A DNA stretch of 54,169 nt from positions 1 to 54,169 of IMG/VR virus record IMGVR_UViG_3300048839_000345; one strand, given 5' to 3'. This document shows, in pieces, positions 32,622 through 42,286 of this stretch. The notes below the pieces were generated by a model. The model did no database searches, had not been told where the DNA came from, and was given only the letters and a program-made list of their open reading frames with translations. This stretch comes from a virus. Lineage: Duplodnaviria; Caudoviricetes. The first letter of the stretch is position 1. The number at the start of each line of letters is the position of its first letter. The translations under genes and the position numbers were made by a program.

Positions 32622-33272
32622 TCAAAGCGCCTTCGCCCCAGCCTCGATAAAATCCACAATCCGCAACGCCTCGGCCCGATACGTAGGCGAAGTCTCGGTC
32701 TGACAATGCGTGCGAGCCTGGCTGATTGCATCCTCTCCTATCCACGTCCGGCACCCGGCCTTGATGGCCATCCCTCCGAGCACGGATGTCCATGCGAAGT
32801 ATTCATATCCATCAGCACGTGTAGCGCGGGCGATGAGGATGAGCCCTCCGAGGTTCGCGCCTCCGAGGTCCGCGCCTTCGAGGACCGCGCCTCCGAGGTT
32901 CGCGCCTCCGAGGTCCGCGCCTTCGAGGACCGCGCCTCCGAGGTTCGCGCCTCCGAGGTCCGCGCCTTCGAGGTTCGCGCCTTCGAGGTCCGCGCCTCCG
33001 AGGTTCGCGCCTCCGAGGTTCGCGCCTTCGAGGTACGCGCCTTCGAGGTACGCGCCTCCGAGGTTCGCGCCTCCGAGGTTCGCGCCTCCGAGGTCCGCGC
33101 CTCCGAGGTCCGCGCCTCCGAGGTTCGCGCCTTCGAGGTTCGCGCCTGTCTTGAAGGCCCACTTAACTGCCAGCCCAAGCTTAAGGTAATAGCTGGCGTA
33201 TTCATCGCACTCGATTTCGGCAGTGATCTGCACGGCGCCGGTGAAGCGGTTTTTGATCTTAAAGAGTTCCAT
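32622..33272 (-). CDS. Pentapeptide repeat protein
   Basis: 20 copies of A(N/D/Y/V)L(G/E)G between IKNRFTG N-terminus and IKAGCR C-terminus. Confidence 0.92.
   Translation of the reverse strand: MELFKIKNRFTGAVQITAEIECDEYASYYLKLGLAVKWAFKTGANLEGANLGGADLGGADLGGANLGGANLGGAYLEGAYLEGANLGGANLGGADLEGANLEGADLGGANLGGAVLEGADLGGANLGGAVLEGADLGGANLGGLILIARATRADGYEYFAWTSVLGGMAIKAGCRTWIGEDAISQARTHCQTETSPTYRAEALRIVDFIEAGAKAL
32844..33143. repeat. 15-bp coding tandem repeat, 20 copies
   Basis: Variants of GCCTCCGAGGTTCGC head to tail, no spacers. Confidence 0.95.
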
Positions 33273-33281
33273 GGCTGTTTC

Positions 33282-33479
33282 CTAACTGTTGTGCCGTCCA
33301 TCCGGCGTCTGTATTTGCTGTTGCTCAGCGGGCTGGGGACGGTGGCTTTGGGCCATGGCAAGCAAACCCTCGCACACGCACGCCATCGCATCGCTCAGTG
33401 CCCGGACGGTTTGCGTTTCTGCCTCTAGCGCGGCGCCGTAGGTATTGGCGCGCTGGGTGGTGATAGGGTGCTCGATCAT
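33282..33479 (-). CDS. Hypothetical protein
   Basis: 65 aa, ATGA-coupled. Confidence 0.55.
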   Translation of the reverse strand: MIEHPITTQRANTYGAALEAETQTVRALSDAMACVCEGLLAMAQSHRPQPAEQQQIQTPDGRHNS

Positions 33480-33640
33480 GCGATGTCCGCCACATCAAAA
33501 AGGTCGTCCACCGCCTCGCCCGGCGAATTGCCATGCCCGATAGGCGAGCCGGGGCCGTCATAGCTCTCGAAGGTGGCATACCAATGGTAACGCGGGTCGC
33601 GGGACGGGTTGCGCTGGATGATTACGGGTTCGATTTTCAT
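33476..33640 (-). CDS. Hypothetical protein
   Basis: MKIEPV...GHGNSPGEAVDDL, ATGA-coupled. Confidence 0.6.
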   Translation of the reverse strand: MKIEPVIIQRNPSRDPRYHWYATFESYDGPGSPIGHGNSPGEAVDDLFDVADIA

Positions 33641-33924
33641 GCTGCGGCCCTCGTGTTCAGCGCGCAATAAGCGCGATACACCGCCCAGACAGTCTGCCCT
33701 GTCATGTCCAGCCACAGCTCGGAAGCATCGTCATCAGGCCAGCCGCGTTCGTCGAAGATGCTTTCAACAAGGCCAGCGCTTTCGTTCGGGAAAGCCTTGC
33801 AAGCAATCTCCAGCGCCATCGCTTCGGCAGGCGTCAGCAGATCGTTGACAGCCTCGGCTGCCATGCGGCCAGCGCGCTCTTCAGAGGCGTGGGCGTTCCA
33901 GTATTCTGTCTCGGTAAGGCGCAT
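33637..33924 (-). CDS. Hypothetical protein, first gene of leftward early operon
   Basis: SD GAGGAG before ATG 33924. Confidence 0.7.
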   Translation of the reverse strand: MRLTETEYWNAHASEERAGRMAAEAVNDLLTPAEAMALEIACKAFPNESAGLVESIFDERGWPDDDASELWLDMTGQTVWAVYRAYCALNTRAAA

Positions 33925-33951
33925 ATGCGTGTTCTCCTCGTGTGAGAACAC

Positions 33952-34004
33952 TGTGCGTCAGAAGCACATTGCTAGTCAAGCACGGATTGTGATGACACAG
34001 CACA
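33952..34004 (-). promoter_or_regulatory. PL/OL-like promoter-operator region
   Basis: TGTGC-N7-GCACA at 33952-33968, variants at 33968-33984 and 33988-34004; TTGACT -35 on minus strand at 33974-33979. Confidence 0.75.
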
Positions 34005-34009
34005 TTTTT

Positions 34010-34333
34010 TTAGGAGGCGCGTTTCGACAGGTCCGCAAGCGTGGAAAGAATAGCGATTGCTTTAGGCTTGTCAGCGTCCGGAATGGCGTCCCAGATTGAC
34101 CAGATAGCAGACGGCTGGGACGGGTCGCGCATGATAAGGTCTGCCGGTTCGCAACGCAGGGCATAGGCTGCGGCCTCAAGAAAGCCCTGCGAATACTCCT
34201 GCTTTCCACTCTCTATCTTTGATATGGCCGTTCGGTCCACATCCAGCCGGGATGCTAATTGTTCTTGGGTCAGGCCCCGATAACGACGCCACTCTTTGAT
34301 AAAGTGCCTGCGCGGCTGAGATGTCTTGCTCAT
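34010..34333 (-). CDS. cI: CI-like XRE repressor without S24 peptidase domain
   Basis: IKEWRRYRGLTQEQLASRLDVDRTAISKIESG HTH; divergent from cro-like gene. Confidence 0.85.
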   Translation of the reverse strand: MSKTSQPRRHFIKEWRRYRGLTQEQLASRLDVDRTAISKIESGKQEYSQGFLEAAAYALRCEPADLIMRDPSQPSAIWSIWDAIPDADKPKAIAILSTLADLSKRAS

Positions 34334-34367
34334 ACCGCCATTGTCCGCCTGTGGCCGCTGATGCTCT

Positions 34368-34438
34368 ATAGCATTATACGCACAATGTGCTTGACAGTCA
34401 CTGTGCGCTTATAGCACAAACTGTGCCTATGACGCTCC
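34368..34438 (+). promoter_or_regulatory. PR/OR-like promoter-operator region
   Basis: TTGACA 34391-34396; TGTGC-N7-GCACA at 34402-34418 with degenerate flanking copies. Confidence 0.75.
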
Positions 34439-34647
34439 CTGATTACATGACCCAGTTCGGCATGACCGACGACCGCGCCGCCGAAATCTTCGGCTACGAC
34501 CGCACAACCATCTCTCGTCTACGCAGGGGCATCCTAACCCCGTCATACGAAAAGATGATGGCAATTCAGGACATCACCCACGGGGCGGTGACCGTTGAAA
34601 GCTGGTCTGCACTGAAAGCGGCTCGCGCCAAGGCAGGTGCGGTATGA
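34429..34647 (+). CDS. cro: Cro-like HTH regulator
   Basis: MTLPDYM...DRTTISRLRRG...ITHGAVT; no SD, possibly leaderless. Confidence 0.8.
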   Translation: MTLPDYMTQFGMTDDRAAEIFGYDRTTISRLRRGILTPSYEKMMAIQDITHGAVTVESWSALKAARAKAGAV

Positions 34648-34733
34648 CCCGCCGTGCCCCCGCCGCCATCCTTCCACTAGCCATTGCCGCCTGGGCGGCC
34701 GTCCTGATCATCGTGGGAGCGATGCATGTCTGA
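34644..34733 (+). CDS. 29-aa hydrophobic peptide (not in ORF track)
   Basis: ATGA-coupled to cro; MTRRAPAAILPLAIAAWAAVLIIVGAMHV. Confidence 0.45.
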   Translation: MTRRAPAAILPLAIAAWAAVLIIVGAMHV

Positions 34734-35238
34734 CCGGATCACTGCCCGTGCTGGGGGTGCACTGAAGGGGGCCGCGGTTGCGGCTGCGGTCCCCGTTTTT
34801 CTCAGCTTGCCCGCCCCGCCGTCAGTGAATGCGGCTTTCCGTAACACCTCGCGCGGCCGCGCGCTGACGCAGAAGGCTGTGGACTGGAAGGGTCACGCGG
34901 GCTGGGTACTTCGCCAGCAGCGTCCCCGCCACATCGCGGGCGAAGTGGCAGTGATCGTAAACGTCGAGCGCAATTCTATGAGCGCCGACATCGACAACAA
35001 GGTGAAGCTGTTGCTCGACCTGATCGTGTCGCATGGCGTGATTGAAGACGACCGCAACGTAGTCGCTGTCGCTGCCTCCTGGATCCCCAAACATTCGGCA
35101 ATGGCGCACCTCGCCATCCTGCCAGCCGGCCAGCTTGGCCTTCTACAATTCCACCCTGCTGCCTCAAACGGCGCCTGCAGCGGGTGGATTATCCCGGCGC
35201 CGTCAACTGAAGAAGAGGAGGCCCACTATGGGCTATGA
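34726..35238 (+). CDS. rusA: RusA-family Holliday junction resolvase
   Basis: PPSVN...DIDNKVKLLLD...IEDDRNV. Confidence 0.88.
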   Translation: MSDRITARAGGALKGAAVAAAVPVFLSLPAPPSVNAAFRNTSRGRALTQKAVDWKGHAGWVLRQQRPRHIAGEVAVIVNVERNSMSADIDNKVKLLLDLIVSHGVIEDDRNVVAVAASWIPKHSAMAHLAILPAGQLGLLQFHPAASNGACSGWIIPAPSTEEEEAHYGL

Positions 35239-36013
35239 CCTTGCAACACTGAAAACGACGAAAGCGCAGCACCCGCCGCGCATTCTGATCTACGGGCCAC
35301 CCGGCCTCGGCAAGACATCGCTTGCCACCGAGTTCCCGGACCCGATCATTCTGGACATCGAGCAAGGTGTGCCGATGGGCGTGGAAATCCCCACGTTCGG
35401 GGCGGTGGAATCGTTCGACCAAGTGATGGACGCCATGAAGGCACTCTACACTGGAGATCACCAGTTCCGCACGCTCATCATCGACACGCTCGACCGTCTC
35501 GAACCGCTGGTCTGGGAAGCTGTCTGCGCCAAGAATGGCTGGAAGTCGATTGAAGATCCTGGCTATGGCAAGGGCTATGTCGCGGCGGACGAGATGTGGC
35601 GCAAGCTGTTCTCGGCTGCCAATATGCTCCGCACGCAGCGTGGCATGACGATCATCTACATCGCTCACTCTTCCATTGAGCGCTTCGATGATCCCACCTC
35701 GGCCCCCTACAGCCGCTTCGACATCCGCCTGCACAAGCGGGCAAATGCCACCGTGCAGGATGAAGTCGATGCCATCCTGTTCATCAACCAGGACATCGCT
35801 GTGAAGTCTGAAGACGTGGGCTTCAACAAGAAGGTACGTCACGCTGAAGGCGGCGGCCTGCGGTGGATCTACACCGAGGGGCGCCCCGCCTTCACCGCCA
35901 AGAACCGTTTCGGCCTGCCGGAGCGTATCAAGTACGACGCCGGGCAGGGCTACGCCCAGCTTTCCCCCTACCTGCCGCTTGTCGGCGCAGCAACCACGAA
36001 AGAAGCAGCATAA
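35228..36013 (+). CDS. AAA_24/Sak4-like ATPase recombination protein
   Basis: IYGPPGLGKT Walker A, LIIDTLD Walker B, GYGKGY, AKNRFGLP. Confidence 0.88.
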   Translation: MGYDLATLKTTKAQHPPRILIYGPPGLGKTSLATEFPDPIILDIEQGVPMGVEIPTFGAVESFDQVMDAMKALYTGDHQFRTLIIDTLDRLEPLVWEAVCAKNGWKSIEDPGYGKGYVAADEMWRKLFSAANMLRTQRGMTIIYIAHSSIERFDDPTSAPYSRFDIRLHKRANATVQDEVDAILFINQDIAVKSEDVGFNKKVRHAEGGGLRWIYTEGRPAFTAKNRFGLPERIKYDAGQGYAQLSPYLPLVGAATTKEAA

Positions 36014-36492
36014 TGGCCAGTCTCGGAAAAACAGGTTTTGATTATACCAAGATCGAAGACAGCGATGTAATTGCTGCGGGTGAATACGCCATGAAGATCG
36101 TGGAGTCCGCCATCGTGCCAACGAAGGCCGGCACGGGAAAAATCCTTGTGCTGACAATGGAAGTCATGGAAGGGCCGATGAAGGGTCGGCGCCACTGGGA
36201 ACGCCTTAACATCGTCAACCCAAACGACGTCGCACAATCGATCGCGCACAAGCAGCTGAAGCGCATCTGCGAGGCTGCCGGCGTGCCGTCACCCCTGCTC
36301 GACAGTGAGGACCTGCACCACAAGCCGTTCATGGCCACACTGGCGATCCGCGAGGACGACTATGGCAAGAAGAACGACCTGAAGAAGGCGGCTCCGTATC
36401 GGACAACTGGTGGGCGCCCTGTTGCGCAGCAAGATGCAGGTGGCGCGGTGACGCAATCGGCGCAGGCCGGCGGCGGTATGCCCTGGGACTGA
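36013..36492 (+). CDS. DUF669-like single-stranded DNA-binding protein
   Basis: AGEY...GRRHWERLNI, C-terminal PWD; follows Sak4-like gene. Confidence 0.8.
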   Translation: MASLGKTGFDYTKIEDSDVIAAGEYAMKIVESAIVPTKAGTGKILVLTMEVMEGPMKGRRHWERLNIVNPNDVAQSIAHKQLKRICEAAGVPSPLLDSEDLHHKPFMATLAIREDDYGKKNDLKKAAPYRTTGGRPVAQQDAGGAVTQSAQAGGGMPWD

Positions 36493-36625
36493 CCTGACCG
36501 GACGGGGCGGCAGCTTTGATACCACTCTGACTGCCGCCTCGCCCTTCTTCCTCCCGACAACCTTTCAGCATCGAGCGGAGTGCTTTCGATGAACCCCTTT
36601 GCAATGCTTTTCAAGGGAGGCGCCA

Positions 36626-37579
36626 ATGGTTGCGCTTCCTGAAATCAAATCTCCCACTGCTCTCGCCATGGATGCGGCACGCGAGGCAGCCCAGATGTCG
36701 CGTGATGGTTACAGGATACCTGCCTCGGGCATGGGTCTCGAATGCGACCGGGCCCTTTGGTATGGCTTCCGGTGGGTGACCCCACCCAAGAAGTTCGAGG
36801 GACAGATGCTGCGCCTCTTCGAGGACGGCAATCTTGGCGAAGACCAGATGGTGCGTGACCTACGCGCCGCCGGGTATGCCGTGGTGGATCGCGACGACAA
36901 CGGCAAGCAGTTGGGTGTCAGTTTTGCGGATGGGCATGGGTTCGGTTATCTCGACGGCGAGATTGCGGGCATCCCAGAAGCGCCGTCCACGGTACATGTG
37001 CTTGAAATCAAGACGCACAAGGCTGAGAGCTGGAGGGCAGTGAAGAAGCGCGGGGTGGCGGCGAAGAAGCCCGATCACGTTACCCAGATGACGCTCTACA
37101 TGCACAAGCGGGGGCGGACACGGGCACTCTACGTCTACAAGAACAAGGACAATTCCGAAGTCGAGACGCAGCGCATAGAGTACGACGCGGCTGAGGGCGC
37201 CCGCATCGAAGCCCGCGCCGAACGCATTGCATTTGCCGACCGACCACCGGGCAAGTTGCACGAGGATCCGGAAACCAAAGCGGCATTTACCTGCAGGTTT
37301 TGTGATCACCTGGCCGTCTGCCATCAGGGGCAGGCATCGCGTCGCAATTGCCGAACCTGTATCTACGTGACGCCGGTGCGCGGCGGCAAGTGGGTTTGCG
37401 ACCGAGCCAATCATGAACTTGATCGCGAGGCGCAGGGCAGGGCGTGCGAGCATCACCTTCTGATTCCTGACCTCGTGAACGGGCAGCAGGTCGATGCCGA
37501 CATCGAGGCGGGCTGGATCGACTACGCCATGCCAGACGGCACGACCTGGCGCGATGTGGCGGGAGGCGGGCATGGTTGA
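36626..37579 (+). CDS. PD-(D/E)XK Cas4/RecB-like exonuclease
   Basis: ECDRALWYGFRW, LDG...LEIKT, QMTLYM, CRFC...C cysteine cluster. Confidence 0.85.
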   Translation: MVALPEIKSPTALAMDAAREAAQMSRDGYRIPASGMGLECDRALWYGFRWVTPPKKFEGQMLRLFEDGNLGEDQMVRDLRAAGYAVVDRDDNGKQLGVSFADGHGFGYLDGEIAGIPEAPSTVHVLEIKTHKAESWRAVKKRGVAAKKPDHVTQMTLYMHKRGRTRALYVYKNKDNSEVETQRIEYDAAEGARIEARAERIAFADRPPGKLHEDPETKAAFTCRFCDHLAVCHQGQASRRNCRTCIYVTPVRGGKWVCDRANHELDREAQGRACEHHLLIPDLVNGQQVDADIEAGWIDYAMPDGTTWRDVAGGGHG

Positions 37580-39188
37580 GCTTCGCCCCTACCAGGAAGA
37601 GGCCATTGAGGCGGTGTTCAAATACTGGCGTGAAGAGGGGGGAAACCCCCTCATCGAACTGGCCACCGGCCTCGGCAAGTCACTCGTGGTGGCGGAAGTG
37701 GCGCGGCGCCTACTGCGCGACTTCCCGGCCATGCGGATCATTATGGTTGTGCACGTGCGCGAGCTGGTACAGCAGAACTTTCAGGAACTGCTCCGGCTTT
37801 GGCCGGACGCGCCGGTCGGCATCTACTCTGCCGGCCTCGGCCAGCGCGACACCCATCACCGGATCATCTACGCCTCGATCCAGTCAGTGTTTAAGAAGGC
37901 GGAGATGTTCTCGCCCCGCCACTTGATTCTGATCGATGAGGCGCATCTCGTGCCGCAAGAAGGCGAGGGGATGTACCGCACCTTCATCGACGGGCTGCGC
38001 GTCCACTATCCCGGCCTTCGAATCCTCGGCCTGACCGCCACGCCCTACCGTCTCGATAGTGGGCGTCTGGACCAGGGCGAGGGGCGCCTTTTTGACCGGA
38101 TCGTGCACTCATATGGCATCGGTCCGGGCACGGAAGCGGGGTTTCTGTCACCGCTGACAGCCCGGAATGGCGCCGTCGAGATCGACGTGGCCGGGGTGGA
38201 GAAGCGGGGCGGAGAGTTTGTGCCGTCTGCTCTCAACCATGCCGCCAACCAGGCGGACATCGTGGCAGCTGCGTGCGATGACATCATCGAACGAGGGCAG
38301 GACCGCAAGTCATGGCTGGCGTTTTGTTCCGGCATCGATCACGCTCATGCTGTCGCTGACGCTCTGCGGGAGCGGGGTATCAGTGCGGCGACCGTCACCG
38401 GCAACACACCGAAGGATGAGCGCGATCGGATCATTGCCGACTTTAAGGCAGGGAAGATCAGGGCTCTGACCAATGCGCAGGTGCTGACCACCGGATTCAA
38501 TGCACCGGGCGTGGACTTGATCGCCCTGATGCGCCCGACGCTCTCCACTGGCCTCTACGTCCAGATGATGGGCCGGGGCACGCGCCTGTCGCAAGGCAAG
38601 GAGAACTGCCTTGTGCTGGACTACGCCGGCAACGTCCGGCGCCACGGCCCCGTCGATGCGATCCACATCAAGGACTCGAAGAAGCGGGGCGAAGCGCAGG
38701 AAGGCAAGGTAGATGTAGGCGAGGTTCGGGCGAAGGAGTGCCCGGACTGCAATGCCATCGTCTATATCAGCGTGCGGACTTGTCCCGATTGCGGGCATGA
38801 GTTTGGCGAGCCGAAGCACTCCACCCGCGCCGAAGACGTGGCCGTCATGACGCGGGAACTGCGCGACCTATGGATCCCCGTCACCAGCTGGCGGGCGCGC
38901 GCCTGGCACAAGATGAATGATCCGGACGCCCCGCCTACCATGCGGGTCGATACCTTTGCCGGTGTCACAGAGATCTCTGAGTGGGTCGCCTTTGAGCATG
39001 TTGGGTTTGCCAGATCGAAGGCGGCGAGGTGGTGGATAGACCACGGCGGCGACCTTCCGGTTCCCATCAGCGTCGAGGAAGCGTTGGCGAGGTTTCCGAC
39101 ACTTCGCACCCCGGCATCCATCACGTTGGCGAGGGACGGCAAATACACGCGCATCGACAAGCGCCGGTTCGAGGGAGCAGCCGCATGA
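37572..39188 (+). CDS. SF2 DEAH helicase (YejH/RadD-like) with zinc finger
   Basis: LRPYQ, ATGLGKS, IDEAH, GLTATP, QMMGRGTR, CPDC...CPDC. Confidence 0.92.
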   Translation: MVELRPYQEEAIEAVFKYWREEGGNPLIELATGLGKSLVVAEVARRLLRDFPAMRIIMVVHVRELVQQNFQELLRLWPDAPVGIYSAGLGQRDTHHRIIYASIQSVFKKAEMFSPRHLILIDEAHLVPQEGEGMYRTFIDGLRVHYPGLRILGLTATPYRLDSGRLDQGEGRLFDRIVHSYGIGPGTEAGFLSPLTARNGAVEIDVAGVEKRGGEFVPSALNHAANQADIVAAACDDIIERGQDRKSWLAFCSGIDHAHAVADALRERGISAATVTGNTPKDERDRIIADFKAGKIRALTNAQVLTTGFNAPGVDLIALMRPTLSTGLYVQMMGRGTRLSQGKENCLVLDYAGNVRRHGPVDAIHIKDSKKRGEAQEGKVDVGEVRAKECPDCNAIVYISVRTCPDCGHEFGEPKHSTRAEDVAVMTRELRDLWIPVTSWRARAWHKMNDPDAPPTMRVDTFAGVTEISEWVAFEHVGFARSKAARWWIDHGGDLPVPISVEEALARFPTLRTPASITLARDGKYTRIDKRRFEGAAA

Positions 39189-39535
39189 TCCACGATCTTG
39201 AAAAGCCAAAGGCGGCAACCGGGCCGGGTCTGTGCGCTGTCTGCGGAGCAGAGGGCGGGCCGGTGAGCGTCGGCGGGCATATCTGCTGCGGCGATCCACG
39301 CTGCATCTCCGTCGCCCTGCACTGGGTCACTGTCGGCTATCCGAGCGGCACCTTCTACGAGCGTGAAGCTATCAGGCTGGGCGGCAAGGCGGGGGGCAAG
39401 TTCCTGACCGAAGCCGGCCAGACCGATATGGCGCGCCTCTCCCGTGAGCAGTGGGAAGAGTTCCTTGTCCGCATCCTGACCACGTATCGCACCGAGCTTC
39501 GCCGCCTTGGCGAAGAGAACGCGCCGCCATTCTGA
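39185..39535 (+). CDS. DUF6511-like zinc-binding protein
   Basis: CAVC...C; EREAIRLGGKAGGKFL...TDMARLSREQW; ATGA-coupled. Confidence 0.65.
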   Translation: MIHDLEKPKAATGPGLCAVCGAEGGPVSVGGHICCGDPRCISVALHWVTVGYPSGTFYEREAIRLGGKAGGKFLTEAGQTDMARLSREQWEEFLVRILTTYRTELRRLGEENAPPF

Positions 39536-39551
39536 AGGGGGCCTGGGGCTC

Positions 39552-41882
39552 ATGACAACGAAAACAATGTCCGCCTATGCCGCTTCGGCGAGCAAACTGA
39601 TCGACCTTGGCTACCATGTCGTGCCGATTGAGGCGCGCAATAAGCGCCCCGCCCAAAAGGTGGGGAGCAGCTGGGAGATGATGACCGAGTGGCAAAGGTT
39701 CCGCGACCTGATGCCAACTGAAATCCAGCACGAAATCTGGTCGTCCTATTCCGAGTGCAATATCGGCATCGTGCTGGGCTCGAAGGTGGGCGAGCATGAG
39801 CAGGTGATCGCCATCGACATCGACCTGACCGATCATGATGAGGTCGAGGAAGTCCGCGGCGCGCTTCCCTTCACTCCCATGGCCAAGAAGGGGGCGAAGG
39901 GGGTGACGCTGTTCTACCGGGCAGATGAGGAGATAACCACTCGGGTCTACCGGCGCGACGACAAGAACATCCTCGAAGTGCTGACCGGCCGCGACACCCG
40001 CCAGACGGTTGTGCCGCCATCGGTGCATCCAGACGGCCCTGTCTATCAGTGGATCGGACCAGGGCCGGTGCCCCCGCATAATCTGCCTTTCATCGAAGCC
40101 GACCAGCTCGCCGCGATGGAAGAGACGCTGCAGTCGATCGGCTGGGACCGTGACGGGCATGAGCGCGCCAAACGCCGCGAGCGTCTTGGCATTCGCGCTG
40201 TTGAGCCGGGGGAGTGGGATATTTCCTCGCCCTTCATGGACCTCAACCAAACCGCCCTGACCCGTCTCAGCGACTGGGTGCCTGATCTTGATTCCATCGG
40301 GCGTCTCAGACCTGCGCGACTGGGCTATGAGGGGGTGCCGCTCTGGCGGGCTGGCGGGTCCGGCAATCCGCCCGAAAAGCGGAAGCGGAACCTCTCCATC
40401 CAGCCAGTCGGGATCAAGGACTGGGGGACGGACGAGACGTTCTCCGCCCTCGACCTCATCATGCGGGCGTTCGGAATCAATCTCGACGCTGCCTATAAAT
40501 GGCTCGCCGGGCGCCTCGGCCTTGATGATGGCCCCGCCATCATCCTGCGGGAAAAACCAGAGGAAGGAAATCACCCCGATCCTGCGGCAGATGATGAGTA
40601 TCTGGAGGAAGAAGAGGGGGAAAGCGACTCGGTGGAATTTGCCGGGCTGACGCCGGACCTGTGTTTTCCGCCCGGCCTCGTCGGCACCATCGCCCGATGG
40701 ATTAATGACAGCGCGATCAAGCCTCAGCCCGCCCTTGCCCTCGCCGCTTCGCTCTGCGTGGTGGGGACGGCCATGGGGCGGCAATATGCCGGACCAACCC
40801 GAACGGGCTCGCACATCTACGCCCTCGGGATAGCCCCGACAGGCGCGGGCAAGGATCACGCCCTGCAGGCGACCAAACGGATCCTGACAGCTTCCGGCAT
40901 GGGGCAGCACCTCGGGCCGGGCGAGTTCATATCCTCGACCGCTGTGATCAATTTTATGACCCGTTCGCCGCTTGGCTTTTGCGCGATGGATGAGTTCGGT
41001 GCCTTCATGGCCCGCATTAATTCTCGCAAGGCAGGGGGGTTTGAGAAAGCGGTTGGGGCAATCCTGCGTACAGCATGGGGATCTAGCTTTTCGCCCATGC
41101 CAACACCGGAGTGGGCACAGAAGCGCTCGACCCTCATTCATGCGCCGGCGCTGAGCCTTTATGGCACCTCTACGCCGGAGGAGTTCTTCGGGGCGCTCAG
41201 CGGGCTGGACACGTCCAACGGCATCCTGAACCGCTTCCTGATCTTCCCCAGCCTTGTTCGCCCGAACGCTGTGGAGCCGACTGCCAGCCTCGATCATGTG
41301 CCGCACGCGATCATTGAGGGGCTGAAGCTCATCATGCACGGGCAGGGTGGGCTGGTGGCGACAAACCTCAACCAGGCCGACGCCGATCCTGCCGCTTTCA
41401 TGCTGAAGTGTGAGTGGGGTGCCGGCGCGCGGGCGATGTACCAGGCATACTTGTCGGAAGTGGAGGGTAAGTCGGACGGCGATCCCGAGTTCGCCGCCTT
41501 CCATTCCAGGGCCGCAGAGTATGCCCAGCGCCTTGCCTTCATTCGCGCTGTCGGGCGCAAGGGCGGGCTGGCAGAGGTCGAGCAGGGGGATATGGCGTGG
41601 GGCATCGAGATTGCCCGCCACTGCTTCTCCTACGCGCTTGAGGCAGGCCGGGACTATATCGCCGACACGGAAGCCCAGGCACGAGCCCAAGAGATCCTGC
41701 GGGCCATCAAGGGCCGGCGGGGGAAGGTTTCTCACCGGCAGCTTATGGAAGCGCTCAAGCACCGCTACTCAACGCGGGACGCAAAGGACGCGCTTGACGC
41801 CCTGCACCAGTCAGGGGCAATCGAGGTGCACGAGAAGCCCAACATCAGGGGCAGGCCAACCTACTTTTACAGCCTTCCATGA
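39552..41882 (+). CDS. Prim-Pol primase/polymerase fused to DUF3987-like helicase
   Basis: GYHVVPI...NIGIVLG...IDID...VVPPSVHPDG; APTGAGKD Walker A and DEFG. Confidence 0.85.
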   Translation: MTTKTMSAYAASASKLIDLGYHVVPIEARNKRPAQKVGSSWEMMTEWQRFRDLMPTEIQHEIWSSYSECNIGIVLGSKVGEHEQVIAIDIDLTDHDEVEEVRGALPFTPMAKKGAKGVTLFYRADEEITTRVYRRDDKNILEVLTGRDTRQTVVPPSVHPDGPVYQWIGPGPVPPHNLPFIEADQLAAMEETLQSIGWDRDGHERAKRRERLGIRAVEPGEWDISSPFMDLNQTALTRLSDWVPDLDSIGRLRPARLGYEGVPLWRAGGSGNPPEKRKRNLSIQPVGIKDWGTDETFSALDLIMRAFGINLDAAYKWLAGRLGLDDGPAIILREKPEEGNHPDPAADDEYLEEEEGESDSVEFAGLTPDLCFPPGLVGTIARWINDSAIKPQPALALAASLCVVGTAMGRQYAGPTRTGSHIYALGIAPTGAGKDHALQATKRILTASGMGQHLGPGEFISSTAVINFMTRSPLGFCAMDEFGAFMARINSRKAGGFEKAVGAILRTAWGSSFSPMPTPEWAQKRSTLIHAPALSLYGTSTPEEFFGALSGLDTSNGILNRFLIFPSLVRPNAVEPTASLDHVPHAIIEGLKLIMHGQGGLVATNLNQADADPAAFMLKCEWGAGARAMYQAYLSEVEGKSDGDPEFAAFHSRAAEYAQRLAFIRAVGRKGGLAEVEQGDMAWGIEIARHCFSYALEAGRDYIADTEAQARAQEILRAIKGRRGKVSHRQLMEALKHRYSTRDAKDALDALHQSGAIEVHEKPNIRGRPTYFYSLP

Positions 41883-41887
41883 AGCTC

Positions 41888-41920
41888 AAACCCCGGCCCG
41901 AAAAGCCGGGGTTTTTTCTT
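41888..41920 (+). terminator. Rho-independent terminator after replication operon
   Basis: AAACCCCGGC-CCGAAAA-GCCGGGGTTT followed by TTTCTT. Confidence 0.85.
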
Positions 41921-41924
41921 GTCT

Positions 41925-42180
41925 ATAAGTGCGACGATAACCGCGATTTGGGACATCGCAGTTATCGCACTTATGGCTCCATAACTGCGATATTTGATCG
42001 CGGTTATCGTCGCGGTTTATTCCCCAGTAAACACTACAGGATAGGGCATAAATAATAATTGCGATGTGTTGTTTTGAGTATGACTGATTAAGGCGAGATT
42101 GTGGCAAGATTTATTGCTATTCGATGCGAATTTTCTCTAGGGGGGCTAACACGTATCGCAATTATCGCAGTTATCGATTT
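41925..42180. other. Putative replication origin (iterons, inverted repeat, AT-rich core)
   Basis: ATCGCA(G/C/A)TT repeats; perfect 17-bp IR 41931-41947/41997-42013; AT-rich 42015-42135; directly after prim-pol. Confidence 0.7.
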
Positions 42181-42286
42181 TGCCTTGCCCGCCAGCCCCC
42201 TCTGTGGCACTTTTCCTGCTGTGATGACTGACGCCGATTAGAGCGAACGCATCTCCCCAGCACGGGCTCCAACCAGGGAGCCCGAA

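Noticed and set aside
32706-33428. Several overlapping repetitive ORFs and a possible CRISPR array
   Set aside because: The 15-bp repeat lacks stops in other frames and has no spacers; only the pentapeptide frame has a sensible N- and C-terminus
36626-37579. Cas4-like nuclease as part of CRISPR-Cas
   Set aside because: No array or other cas genes; it sits in a standard Sak4-SSB-nuclease-helicase module
39372-41762. Long antisense ORFs (also 15004-16536, 16912-18567, 18679-20289, 21874-23529, 45255-46493)
   Set aside because: Shadows of high-GC sense genes; no recognisable motifs
41931-42013. Protelomerase tel site of a linear plasmid prophage
   Set aside because: The palindrome centre is imperfect and no protelomerase gene is visible
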